Source of the DNA: Lama glama
Lineage: Eukaryota
Direction of reading: 5' to 3'
NCBI GenBank assembly: GCA_028534125.1
Contig: CM052818.1
Coordinates: 7,008,001-7,072,000, forward strand
Length of the DNA stretch: 64,000 nucleotides
Shown: positions 35,863 to 48,799 of the stretch, in pieces
Layout: each line of letters begins with the position of its first letter
Numbering within the stretch: position 1 is the stretch's first letter
Position numbers and translations under genes: made by a program
The notes under the pieces: generated by a model
Told to the model about the DNA's origin: nothing
Seen by the model: the letters and a program-made list of their open reading frames with translations, nothing else
Databases searched by the model: none

Positions 35863-37849
35863 AAAAGTTTATTATTGAAGATGATGAGAGATCCTGGGTA
35901 CCAGAGTCAAGGTGTACAGAAGAGGATGGTGGGGGTGGGGAGGGAGTACAGAAAATGGAGATGATGCATAAACAGACAAGATTCATGCTCCTCCTCTCCC
36001 TTTATATCTGAGACAGCCACAAGACTATGCTCTTAGATTTTAGGAATGAGGAGAAACCATGCACTTCCATCATAATCTCTCCAAAACCACACTTCTCTGA
36101 CTTGAAAATTCAATTAGAAACTTAACAGAATTATAGTGAAAGCTATATTTTCTTGGCCCTCTATTAACTAGAAATGCCCAGTTCACCACCCACCTACTTT
36201 CCATGAGATTGACTGTGGTGATGACCCAAGACGTTGACAGATTCTAAAGTCTTGAAGTCCTGGTTGTCTCAGAAAGCCTGAGTTTCATAGCTTCAGAACT
36301 GGGTATGAAGAATATATTACTGCCCACAGAGCCATCAAGTGGTTGCTCTTTATGACTCCAAATAGTTAATTGACCTAAACATCCCATTTCCCATCATGTC
36401 GGATAGCAAACATTTCACATATTTTGTGGTCAGGCTCAATTATGAGAGATGTAGAAATAGAGGGAGAAAATTTCTTCCCTCCATTGCTCAAGTCAACCTT
36501 CAAGCCAAATAAATCTCTCCAGAGTTGACTTCATATGAATGATGTTCAAGATGTTCAAAGTGATTAACCTGTAAGAAAGCACATAACCCTTTTCCATAGA
36601 CATTTATAGCTGGATATCTTAGAAACTTGAAAAAAAATGCTATTTTTTCCCAAAACACCAACCCCCCCCTACAATTTCTTGGCAGTTCACAGTCAGAGTA
36701 CACTGGGAAGACAATTATTTTACTTCAAATGTGTAGAAGTACGTTGTTCTCAGAAAACTGTGCTCAAGTCTACCTGTGCGTTAGCTTGTCTGATCATCTG
36801 GGGTTGTCCCAGTCTTGCAGTAAATGTTGGTCTATCTTTCTGGGCATCACAGAATCCCTAAATCCAGTCAATGTCCCCCCAGAAGTTGTGAGTTTATTTG
36901 AATAACATTCTCATGCCTGCAGGAAAACGAATGTCCATGGTGGGCTGATGTATAGGAAATTATTAGATGTTGAGGGGCAGGGTGGGGGATTGGGAGGGAG
37001 AAAAGTTAAGGAAAAAACAAACAAGGAGGTCATCTCAGAGAATTAGGAAATCCCAATTTTTTCTTTTCTAAGCCTCAGATCTTTTTGAGACTCCATCTGG
37101 CTTTCATTTCTAACTCCTAGTCTTCCAACAAAGAGAATAAAATGGTTTTAAAACTAAATGTGAGCCCTTCCAGGAAACAAGAGCTTCTCTCTTCCCCTCT
37201 TTTCACCTAGTAGCAGAATTTTCTTTTGTGCTATTAAAAATGGCGTGGGCCACCTTTTCTCCAAAAACACATGAAGCTGCAGCATAACTCTTTTCCAAAT
37301 AATTAATCTTTCCAGTGGAATCTTTCAAAGCCCCACATTTCCTGTTATTTTATACAGCTGCAATTTGTAACTGGAGCTCCTGCCCAGTGTTCCGCGGGCA
37401 AAACGCCAAATCCACTACATTTCACCTACCAAGGTGCCCCGCGCAAATAATCCTTAACCACAAGTTAAACAGTCAGGTCCTGTTCTAGCCGAAAAGAAAA
37501 GCCTGGGGAACAAAAGACTTTTAACACACTTCTGTATTAACATTTTAGTGGATGCTCACAATATTTTATTTTCCAGTGTCAACACTGGGAAGTATCACAG
37601 TGATGCCACAATAAAAGGAGAATTTTCAAAACTGGATTGGTTCTTGTGTTAAGCTAATATTGGTGGGTCATAAAAATGACACCCACTTCCACTTTAGTTA
37701 TCTGGAAGCCAAAAGCTGTGGGTTGCTCTATCAGACCCACCTGGTTTGCCTCCTTGTTTATGAGCTGGACGATGAGGGCCAAGACTGGCTGAAAGGTAAA
37801 TGGGGAGGCAGAAGTGGGAGGGTTTTCTCTGACCCCCTTCCTTCCTTCC

Positions 37850-39420
37850 TCCAGCCACATTTCCCCTCTTCCCTCCACCTGATAATCTTTCCTCCAACTT
37901 GCCCATGAGGGAAGTTCTCTCAAAATCACTAAGTTGGACGTTTCTTCTATTTCAAACCCTCTCCGCTCTCCTTCCTGACCCCTGCCTCTTTTCTGCAAAT
38001 GACCTACCTCCTACTTTAAAAAAATTGAAGCCATTGAACCAGACCCTCAACTTCCTGCTACAGCCCCACCTTCCCTGGCGCCACCTCCCTTCCTTTCCTC
38101 CCATCCCCCGGCGGATGCTTCCTATCCTGAGGTCAGGCCCCATGTCCTGGATCCCAGCCCTCCTGCTCTCTCTGGAGCCTCACACTATAACCTGCCTTCT
38201 CTTCCCTCCTGGAATCTGAACCCTTCCCGTTGACATTTAAACACACTCAAGTCTCTCTTAAGATAAAACAAAAACACCTGTCCCAGCTCACAGCCCCTTC
38301 CTGCTATTATGCCTTCCTCTCTCCTTCCCAGTGAAACTTCTCAAATACATTGTACATACTCCTCTTCCTTTTCATCAGCTCCCCTCACTCCTCAGTCCCA
38401 TCACTTTGGCTAAAATGACTAGTGAGCACCATGTTGCTGGTCAAGCCACGGGCTCGGTCCTCACTTCCCCAGACCTTCCTGGGACTCCTCTCCTGAAACC
38501 CTCTTCCCTGAGCTTCAAGGACCTGAAGCTCTTCTTACTTTCCTCCTACCTCTCTGCCTGCTCTTTCTTTCTCTTCTTTCCAAGCCCAGCCTTCTCCACA
38601 GAGCTATTAAATGTTTAAGTGTTTTAAGCTTCCCTTTCTTATTCTATGCTCAGCCCCTACCATCCACACGTACAGCTCCAACAACCAGACTCATACATTC
38701 ATTTACCTACTCAAAATCTCCAGTGGGGTTTCTCATAGGCACAAGTCCAAGCTCCAAGTCAGGATCTTTCCTCCTCCAACTTGGTTTTCATTATTATTAT
38801 TATTATGCATATTTTTATTGAAGTGTAGTCAGTTTTCAGTATTGTGTCAATTTCTGGGATACAGCATAATAGTTCAGTCACATAGGAACATACATATATT
38901 CATTTTCATATTCTCTTTCACCGTAAGTTACTACAAGATACTGAATATGCTATACAGTGTAAAGTTGTTGTTTACAGACTTGGTTTTTTATCTCAGATTC
39001 CTATGTCAGCAAATGATGCCACCATCCACTGGGTTGCTCAGGCCATAAACCAGACGTCCTTGATATTTTTCCTTATTTCTCAGATCTAACCATTCCCTTA
39101 GTCTCTGCAATTTTACCTCCTAAAATTTCTCACATTCATTCACTTCTGCTTCCATACCTGCCACTCCCAACCCAAGACACCATATGCTCTCTTCTGGACC
39201 GTTGCAATTGCTTCCTAGCTGGTCTCCATATATCCATTATCAACTTTCTTTAAACTCTTCTCCCCATGTTGAGAGACTATGTCACTCTCTTGCAGGAGAT
39301 CCCTTATTGTTGTGTTGGACACAAACTCCATGTCCTTCTCGGATTCCCTTGAATGCGTCATCCTTCTTTTTCTCTTGGTTGGTGTTCCACCCACACCTCA
39401 ACTTCCAGGTTCAGATAAAG
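37850..39420 (+). mobile_element. L2 LINE fragments
   Basis: 'tctcctgaaaccctcttccctgagcttcaaggac', 'atgatgccaccatccactgggttgctcaggcca', 'ttgcaattgcttcctagctggtctcc'. Confidence 0.6.
38789..38977 (-). mobile_element. Truncated young L1 3' end
   Basis: 'ttgaagtgtagtcagttttcagtattgtgtcaatttctgg'; TSD acttggtttt at 38779-38788/38978-38987. Confidence 0.85.
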
Positions 39421-39449
39421 CGCCACACCTCATGCCTGACCACTGAGGG

Positions 39450-39986
39450 GCTGGGTGATGCCCTCTGGTAGTGCAGAGGAGTTAGTCTTCTGCGCCGTAA
39501 ATGTGAACAATGGGCAAGAAAAGATGGGAGAATATGAAGCAGATAAATGACTCCCTCCTTTCTCCCTACTAAGAATTGCTCTGAAATACGGATTTCCTTG
39601 TAAGCTTCCTGGAGAAACCCTGTGGGCTGAACAACAACACACCTGGCAATTGATCAATTGTGTTTCTTTGCAGCTGCTGCTCCTTGTGACCCAGTGACCA
39701 GAGTGATAACACACAGTACTGCATTGTCTCACCTCACCTCGCCCCCTCCGTTTTCCCTTACTCTGTCTCACTCCCAACAGAGTATCACTACTTTAGGTTT
39801 GTTTTTTAAAATCTGGAATTAGTTATAATTCCAAGTTTGTTTTTTTTTAATGGAGGTACTGGGCATTGAACCCAGGACCTCATGCCTGCTAAACATGTGC
39901 TCTACCACTGAGCTATACCCTCCCCACCTACCACTTTAGTCTTTAACTCAGACTTTACTTCCTGAAACAGGTCCCAGGCAAGACAA
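39450..39986 (+). mobile_element. LTR16-like ERVL LTR (old) carrying a SINE insertion
   Basis: 'aatgggcaagaaaagatgggag..gcagataaatgactccctcctttctccc' and end 'ctcagactttacttcctg..ccaggcaagaca'. Confidence 0.5.
39797..39925 (-). mobile_element. Vic-1-type SINE
   Basis: 'aatggaggtactgggcattgaacccaggacctcatgcctgctaaacatgtgctctaccactgagctataccctcccc'. Confidence 0.92.
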
Positions 39987-40556
39987 ATGCTTAGAAGAAA
40001 GACCAAAATATCTACCCAGGACTCTATGTGGATGGATTTCTGTTTACTTTGTTAGCCACTTTCAACTTTACCATCATTTTTCTATCTACAGCTACAGTAG
40101 AGAGATCATTCATTCATGCCGATTCCCCGCATGTCAGAAAGTTTATCTGGAAAACTCTTTCCCTCTGGCTTCACCCAGCTAACTCCTTTCCCACCAGATC
40201 TCAGTTTCCGTGTTACTTCCTTCCAAAAGAAACCTCTATGGCCCTTTCCCTGCTCCCTCCTCCCTCACATCTCCTGTTTCCTTTGCTAGGGTTTCTCAGT
40301 GGTCTGTGTCAGGATTTGAATAGCATCTGCCTCCTCCCCACAATGACTGTAAACTCTGTGAGGGCAGAGATGGCATCTTTGGTTCTCCTTTGCATCCTCT
40401 GCACAGAGCCTAACGCTCTGCAAACATACACTGAGTAAAAGCAACTTAAGGGAGGAAACACTCTTCTTTTATAGACGGAGAAGCTAAGATTAAAGTGATT
40501 AAGGGATTCATTCAAGATAGCTAGTCATTGCTAGAGCACAGGTATACCTTCTATCA

Positions 40557-41336
40557 CTTTTTTTTAACATTTTTTATTGATTTATAATCATTTTACAATG
40601 TTGTGTCAAATTCCAGTGTTCAGCACAATTTTTCAGTCATTCATGGACATATACACACTCATTGCCACATTTTTTTCTCTGTGATTTATCATAACNNNNN
40701 NNNNNNNNNNNNNNNNNNNNNNNNNNNNNNNNNNNNNNNNNNNNNNNNNNNNNNNNNNNNNNNNNNNNNNNNNNNNNNNNNNNNNNNNNNNNNNNNNNNN
40801 NNNNNNNNNNNNNNNNNNNNNNNNNNNNNNNNNNNNNNNNNNNNNNNNNNNNNNNNNNNNNNNNNNNNNNNNNNNNNNNNNNNNNNNNNNNNNNNNNNNN
40901 NNNNNNNNNNNNNNNNNNNNNNNNNNNNNNNNNNNNNNNNNNNNNNNNNNNNNNNNNNNNNNNNNNNNNNNNNNNNNNNNNNNNNNNNNNNNNNNNNNNN
41001 NNNNNNNNNNNNNNNNNNNNNNNNNNNNNNNNNNNNNNNNNNNNNNNNNNNNNNNNNNNNNNNNNNNNNNNNNNNNNNNNNNNNNNNNNNNNNNNNNNNN
41101 NNNNNNNNNNNNNNNNNNNNNNNNNNNNNNNNNNNNNNNNNNNNNNNNNNNNNNNNNNNNNNNNNNNNNNNNNNNNNNNNNNNNNNNNNNNNNNNGTCTT
41201 CTGCCCATTTTTGGATTGGGTTGTTTATTTTTTTCTTATTGAGTCGTATGAGCTGCTTATATATTCTGGAGATCAAGCCTTTGTTGGTTTCACTTGCAAA
41301 AATTTTCTCCCATTCCGTAGGTTTTCTTCTTGTTTT
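40557..41336 (-). mobile_element. Young 5'-truncated L1 spanning an assembly gap
   Basis: ORF2 peptide [47 protein letters not shown]; polyT from 40558; TSD ccttctatca at 40547-40556/41337-41346. Confidence 0.92.
40696..41195. other. Assembly gap (500 N)
   Basis: N-run. Confidence 1.
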
Positions 41337-41369
41337 CCTTCTATCATTTTTTAAAGAATCATCCTTCTT

Positions 41370-42100
41370 AATTCTGAAAAAGACAAATAACAGACAGATC
41401 AATGAACCAGAATACAGAAATGGACCTGAATACCTGCTTCCCTATGTGAAAAATATTCATCCTCATTCACAGTAAAATAAATTTAAAATTTATTTAAAAT
41501 ATAAGGTGACTTTTTTATTTTTCCAATTGGCAAAATTTGGTAATTTCCTCTCTTGGTGAGGGCACTCAATGGTGAGTGCTAAATATGTGAGAGTGAACAT
41601 TTGAGTGTTTGTGGAGTATGCAAATTGTCTTCCTTCATGGAGGACCGTTTGACAATAGCTGTTCGATTGCAATAGCTACCAAATCACAAGAGCACATTCT
41701 CTCTGAAATTCAACCCAGCAGTTCAAATTTTAGGTATTTATCCTACAGATATATTTGCCCAGGTGGGAAACAGAGAATGTACAGTTATTCATTGTAGCGT
41801 TATTTGTAACAGGAAAAGATGTAATCTGCATCATTTAGGGACAGGTGAAGTAAATTATGGTATTTTCATACATTGTGATATTATGTAGCTATTAAAAAAA
41901 GAATGGGATAGTTCTTTTGAATTCCATATTCCTATATGTGGACTGTTCCATATTCCTATTGTAAGAATATTCCATATTTCTATATATTTGATATTTCTAT
42001 CTATAGTAATATGGAACCCTTTCCATGATATATAAGCAAAAGTCCAAGGTACACAGTAGTTATATAACATGCCATACTTTGTGTTGAAAATGAACAAATA
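41370..42100 (+). mobile_element. Old L1 (L1ME-like) fragments
   Basis: 'aacccagcagttcaaattttaggtatttatcctacaga...ttattcattgtagcgttatttgtaac...aaattatggtattttcatacattgtgatattatgtagctattaaaaa'. Confidence 0.65.
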
Positions 42101-43544
42101 CTATATATAAGACCAACTGGACTGTAAACTAAGAGCAGTGCCCTCATATAGCCTGTCTTTCTCATGTTGCACAGCAAGTGCTCACTTAATATATTTTTAT
42201 TAATATTAGTAAGAAAAAAATGTCCTAAGTGATAAAGGAAAGAGGGACAAAGGGAAAGTAGAGAAGTAATCATTTACATCTGTTTGCCAGTTGGGTGAAA
42301 TTTCATCAAAGGAGAAAGTGAAATCTGACAGTCAGTAGGATGGTTTTAGGTCATCTGTGGATTTTTTGTTATTCTCCCTGAATTAGTTAGCTATTCCATG
42401 GGATATGAAGAGTTGTGGGTTCTTGATTGTATTAGCTTCTTCCTACCTCAACTAGAAACGAAAAGATACTCAATTAAGCTCTGTCTGCTCAAAGCTTATT
42501 CTGATCAAGTCTCTGCCATTTGCATGTCCTCACTACTGGATTAATCTGATTTCTCACTTACATACCACATCAGGAAAATCAAATGAAGAGATGCTTATAA
42601 ATTGGCAGAGAGCTTGCTCATGCTAAAGAAACAGGTATAATTGGATTAAATCCCGGGTATCACCTTGCTGCCTGAATGTTCTTTTGGAAGAAGTATGATT
42701 GTATAGCTTAGATCTGGGAAGTAATACCTGTGAAATCTGAGTGTTGTCAAAGTAAATATCTGCATGTTTTCCTGTCAGAATGCTCAGTGTTATGCTGACT
42801 GTGCCTCAGTGGGGATGTTACTACTACAGAGGCACTTGTGTTATTTTTCCCTTGATTTGAAGGCTTTTTTCTAAATAGTATTCAAATGTGTCAATACAAA
42901 AGATGTTTTCTAGTGTGACAAACATCCAATGATATTTTTATAACATTTCTCATCCTGAAATCACTATTTTAAAGACAAGGAGAGTGTTTTCCACTTACCA
43001 GAGGGCAGGCAATGGGCTCTTTGCAGGACTAGCCTATCCCCTTTGGCTTCATCTCAGGTATGTAGATAGACAGACAGATAGAAACATACATACACAGAAG
43101 ACTGATATGTACATAGATAGAGCATTGCCTTAACAAAGGGAGGTATGGAATGAAGACTATATTTTCTAGCCTCTCTTGCAGCTAGATGTGGCTAAGCAAT
43201 GATATGTAAATGATGTTCTGTGGGTCTTTCAAGGACTTAAAAGAAGACAGATCTGCTGGGATGAGCCCTTTTCTCATGCTTTTGGGTTTGGTGGTCTGTT
43301 TTGGGCTGCTAAATGCTGGTGCAATACAGAGCTGAATGAAGTGTTGTCCCTATCTTTGAGGCCTTTGCAATTAATCACACATTAAAGATATAAACTGCCA
43401 GAATGCAGAAGAAAAGAGAATTAATTCTGAGTGAAAGAAACACAGAAGGCTTCATAGAGAGGATACAACCTAAGCTGGCCTTTAAAGAATGAATTATAAC
43501 AATAATAAGTCAATTAATGCTTTACAGGCAGTATCTACTTTATT

Positions 43545-43700
43545 CTATACATCAGTTCTGTGAGGTAGGTACTATGATTATCCCCGTTTTACAGATGAAA
43601 TCACAGAGGGGCAAAGGGGTTAAATGACATGCCTGAGATGAGAGACTTAGTAAGTGACTGAGCCAAAGTCTGAACCTCACTTCATCTGGTGTCCCTAAAA
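43545..43700 (-). mobile_element. MIR
   Basis: 'tgaggtaggtactatgattatccccgttttacagatgaaatcacagagg...ggttaaatgacatgcc'. Confidence 0.8.
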
Positions 43701-46254
43701 CTCCACCCCAGGGCTTGGCTGCCTGGGACTGAAATGGATGAGATCGGAAGAAAAACACTAGCCATTCACTTTGATCACAAAGTCCAACAGAGGTCAGTTC
43801 AGGCAACTGAATCCAAACTGGTTGTTAGGTAGAATTTAGGCGAATATTTCTTAAAACATGTTAGAATATTTGGCAGATAATCAGTCTTTTGAGATGTTGA
43901 GCCAAGAAAAAAAAAAGATTCACATACACACTAACATATAAAGGCCTTAAGAAGGCCTCTCGTGAATAAACAGGCTTAATTTAATTTTATTAAAGCTAGA
44001 ATTTTCAAACTTATTTGACCACAGAACATTTTTTAAACTTTGCATTATAAAAATTGTTGAAAGTAAATAAAAGTGGAGACTATAAAACATTTACATACTT
44101 ATCACCCAGTTTTGACAACCATCACTACTCTTCCTGCTTGTTTCATCTATGCCCGCCTTTTTTTCCCTTTTCTTTTTCTACTGAAGTATTTTAAAGGAAA
44201 CTCCAGACGGCATGCTATTCTATCCTTAAATACTTCAGTGTGCATCTCCCAGAAAAGGGGGAGATTTTCTTACATAAAGTGTCGTTATCATGCCTAACAA
44301 GATTAAAATATCTTCTTAATATAACTTAATACCCAGTTCATATTCAATGTCCCTGATTATCTTTAAAAAAAAAATCAGAGCTCTCTTTTTTTTAGTAAAG
44401 ACCCTGGGAACTCTCTCCTTGTTATATTGATTCAGTTTTACAGCCAAGTGCCAGTATCAAGCAATCACATGTTAGAAAAATGTATGATAGTTGATAGTTC
44501 TTTTTTGGGACACTGTTAAAGAGTTAAGACCCCCTTAATAATTCAGCCTGAAAAATACAGGATGGAGGCTGCTTAGGCGTTCATGCTCAAGATGTCTCTC
44601 GGCTTGAGAAAAGACTAATAACCAAACTGACTACTTTTTTTTTTTCACTTAACTTTCCAAATAGAAACAAAAGAGAATCCTTTCTGCATCCCATGAATAC
44701 ATATGCTGAGGAACACATTTTGGGAAACCTTGATTTAGACAAAACAGCCAGTTGAAAGAAGTCTTCATTTTACTTGACTATTTTTGTATTTAATAGTTAT
44801 AGCTTTAGATTCTGATTATACAGGTTTTTTTTTTCTCTTTTAAAGTCATCACATTCTAAAAGGAAGGGCTTAGTAATCAGTGCTGGTTGTGACTCCTAGT
44901 ACATCTGTGATATTAACACAACCACACACACACAATAGTGCAAATCTTAAAACAGCAGCATGGCTGTAAAGTTAAAATCAGGTCAAAATCATCTGAAGCA
45001 AGTGACTAGGTTATTCAAGATCTAATTAAAGGAGATACATCTAAAAGAGATGTTTGCAGTATAGATGTGCAAAGGGGCAAAATAATACACCATACAGCAC
45101 AATAGCAATTTAGTTTCCCAATCTATCATAGGAGCTAAAATAGACTCCTCACACTAGTACACTGATAATGATACCTTTTAAACTAAAGGATGGAAGAAAT
45201 GATTTCATTAATTGATGTTTCAATGGTTAGCTAAATATTTATATACCCTACAAGCACTGTACTCAAAATTTACAGTAGCAAAGCGGCCTACAGCAACCCC
45301 AAAATTGATTGAGTTACAAAAACTCAAGATTATTAACTCAAATATCTTCTTGGTTTGTATAAAACTAATTGCTAGGCCAGGGGATGCAATTTCTGAGACA
45401 ATTACCAGGAATGGGGGCATTAATGACTTTGTCTTAATGTTTTGCATAAGTAAAATCTGAATCTGGGACCCTGGATAAGTTTCCTTGCACAGCTCAGAAT
45501 TAATCAAATGCATTTCTCACCAGGAGTCCAAGTAATTCTTTACCTGAAGTCAGACCTGTGCACATTCCAAATTTGAAATGTGTGTTCCTCAAGCAGTATA
45601 CATCCTCAGGCCAACCTTAGTATCTGATGACACATTATCGATGGTAAAGTTGTGTGAAGGAAAACAAACACTGAAGTAAGTCATCAGTGAAATATATCTC
45701 CTTTGCTGGTTGGACACTGCTGTTTAAACAGACACTCTAGCTGGCATCGGTGCTAGCTAAGGAAGTGTCAGGGGAAACTCAGCACTCATATTGTGTATTT
45801 CCTGTCAGAAGCCTGGCAACCCTTTTCCCACGTATCTCAGGACAGAGCCAGACATGGCCTTTTTAACTGCTATTGGACAGGATGGACAACGAGGAATCAG
45901 GAGCTAGAAGCAAATTTCCCTCCTGGAATGGACAGGTCCTGGGGAGACACAGCCAGCCAAAGGAGCAGTAATGGTAGAGCTTGGCATCAGAGGGTATGGT
46001 TGCAGGCAAACTTTGATAGTGCCAGCAAGGAATTAACAATAGGCAGTTTTATGCAGAGCTGTGGGGGTGTCTCAACAGACAGGCAAAGTATGACAATTGA
46101 TAATCCTGGAGTTGGTGATATTCAGAAATCTAGGGACATGTGGTCTACACTGGGGAGATAGGTCAGCAGGAGCCAGGACCCAGGCATAGGCTGTAGGGAG
46201 GGTTTATAGGCAGGTAGAGGCTGAGATTATCAGAACAAGACAGAAACTGAGCAT

Positions 46255-46680
46255 TTTAGTTAGGGTGTAGCTGGGTATAGCTGCTACAGCAAAAAGATTG
46301 AATGGAACATGGCTTACATAATATAGAATTTTACTCCTCTCTCATGCAACATTGGGAAACCATAGCTCCAAGAGGTTGTCCAGGAACCCAGGAACCCATC
46401 CTCTGCTCTCTGCTCTCTTCTTTGTGTCTGAGGTTATTGCTCCTGCTATCCACTTGTCTTGGGGCAGCTGGCTTACCAGCACCATGTGGGAGTCCAGCCT
46501 GGAGGATGGGTGAAAGAGAACATGGGGGGAAAGAAACTTTATTTGAAACTCAAGAAGCAGAAGTTACACACATCATTTCTACCCATTGGCCAAACCCAGT
46601 CCTATGGCTACTCTCAGTTGTTAGGGAAATTGGGAAATGTAGTCTCTACCTAATGTGATCATGTGTCTAGCTAAAATTCA
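46255..46680 (-). mobile_element. MLT1K/L-like LTR
   Basis: 'gaagttacacacatcatttctacccattggccaaacccagtcctatggcta...gggaaatgtagtct'. Confidence 0.6.
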
Positions 46681-46691
46681 GGCAGGAAAGT

Positions 46692-47192
46692 TCTATTAGT
46701 TTCCTGTAAGTATTGTAACAGGTTATCAAAAACTTGGTGGCTTAAAATAACAATAATGTATCCTCTTACAGTTCTGGAGGCCAGAAGTCCAAAATCAGTA
46801 TCACTTGGTCAAAATCAAGGTGTTGTGAAGGCTGTACTTCCTCTAGAAGCTCTAGGGGAAAATCCCTTCCTTGTCTCTTTCAACTCCTGATGGCCACCAG
46901 CATTCTGTGATTTGTGGCCGCACAGCATCACTCCAATCCCTGCCTCAGTGGTCACATCCCCTTGTCTTCTTTTTTAATTTTTTCCCCAAACCCCTTCTCT
47001 TCTATCTGGGTGAAATCTTCCTCTACCTCTGTCTTATAAATATACATGTGATTGCATTTTTAGAGCCGATCCAGACAATCAAGATCCTCGATTATATCTG
47101 CAAAGATCTTTTTCCCAAATAAGGTCACATTTACAGGTCCCAGGGATTAGGAACTGATATTCCAGGGTCTGGGGGATTATTCAGACTACTAC
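46692..47192 (-). mobile_element. MLT1C/D LTR
   Basis: 'cttggtggcttaaaataacaataatgtatcctcttacagttctggaggccagaagtccaaaatc...tttcccaaataaggtcacatttacagg...ttattcagactactaca'. Confidence 0.85.
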
Positions 47193-47887
47193 AGGGGCAT
47201 TCAATTACTGAGAGGAAAAAGGAGAAAAGGGGCTCTGTAACACCCCAGCAATCAGAATTAGGAAACTCAGGTCAATGCAACCAGCCTCACCCAATGCTGG
47301 GTCTCAAAGAATTTGTCTCCAGCTCTTCAGATTTTCCCAGTTGGGTTCTAGATTGGTGTGGAGCCTGAACTGGGCTAGGCCCTGGCTGGGGCCAACTCAG
47401 GCAGGTGGCCCTGGCCAAGGGGAAAGAAAGGCCACTAAACAAAAGAAGGAGGGCATGCAGTGTGTGCCTTACAAACGGTACCACCCACGGTGAGAAAGCC
47501 CAGTGAGTGTTACCCAAGAACACACATGAGGTTCTTCGACAAGTAAGTGCTGAGACGAGACCTTGGCAAAGCCTTGTTTGCAGATAACAGCCTCTTAAGA
47601 CAGAAGGGTGCCTTCCACCATCACATTCCTTACCTTTCTCACCCCTGTCCCCAAATACCCAAACAGTCCAGATGCTTGTGAGTGAAACAGCGAAACCCCT
47701 TTTACACAGCCCCAATTCTACTCCTCAGAATTAACCACTGTTAACAGTTTGATCCTTCCTGATTTTAATTCATGTATTTATAAACACACACATACAAAGA
47801 GAAATACAGTGGTTCCTTTTCACGTAGATGGGATTGTGCCATACATGTGTTTTATTTATTCCCTTAATAATCATAGACCCAATTGCT

Positions 47888-47934
47888 TGATGATGATGAT
47901 GATGATAATGATAATAATAATAATAATAATAATA
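47888..47934. repeat. Compound (GAT)n(AAT)n microsatellite at a MIR end
   Basis: tgatgatgatgatgatgataatgataataataataataataataataa. Confidence 0.9.
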
Positions 47935-48135
47935 AATTTAGTGCCCACGATATACCAGGCAAGGTGCTGAGCACTTTTCATGTTTTTTATTTCATGTCAC
48001 TCTCACAACCACCTTATTAGCTAGGTCCCATTATTTTCCTCTTTCAAAGATGACAAACAACCACAGGGAACTTAAGTGACTTGCCTCAGGTTACACAGTT
48101 GGTGAGAGGTCAAGCTAGGATTTGAATCCAGATCA
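47935..48135 (-). mobile_element. MIR
   Basis: 'cttaagtgacttgcctcaggttacacagttggtgagaggtcaagctaggatttgaatccag'. Confidence 0.8.
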
Positions 48136-48799
48136 CCACCACCAGGACCTCAAATCTTTGCTAGCATCCTTTGCTATCATGTCTCTCGTCATGCGGCTCT
48201 CCCACGGGGAACCTCGTCAGCTGTTGCACCAGATAAGCTTAACTTTTGCATCACCACCTCTTAGACTTCCCTGGAAACTGGTCTCCCTGGTTACTGGGCT
48301 GCTGACTATCTTGTAGAACACATGGCTTCAGCTGCCCCAAGTTGGCTTGTGCTGGTAAGGAGCCCTCAATCCCATTCCAGCGGCTGCTCCTGCCCTAGTC
48401 CCAACCTCTCTGCTAACCTTCTCTCTGCCTCCAAATTCGTTTTCTTATTTAGCCCTAGTGGGTCTGGGCCAGCATCTGTCGCCCCTGTTCAGATAAACTG
48501 GTCCTGCCTGGCACCTTCTGCCTCAAAATCTTCAGTCACGTAAATGACTCTTCTCTCTGCTGCTACAGCAAATAGAAAGTCTTTGTAACCGCCAGCATCA
48601 ACCTTTCCTCCTCCATCTCCCTGTTAGCCAAGAGCGGGCAGCAAGGGTCTGGTTCCAGTGAGACCCCTTCCGGGCCATCACCATGGAAACAGATGCTATA
48701 GAGGGCGACATCCCCCTTCCTGTCTGTTCCTGTTCACCTTCTAGGCGGACTCTGGCCCTCTCACTTTCCCCCTTGCCTACTTTCCTACCATTGAAACCT

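Noticed and set aside
40603..41475. ORFs of 191-290 aa
   Set aside because: N-run artefacts; the real residues are an L1 ORF2 fragment
41922..42000. Repeat-spacer pattern resembling CRISPR
   Set aside because: Only three 14-bp units with 10-bp spacers, in mammalian L1 DNA, with no cas genes
42545..43010. Minus-strand donor-like sites (cacttac) suggesting exons
   Set aside because: No recognisable protein or consistent exon chain; compatible with chance
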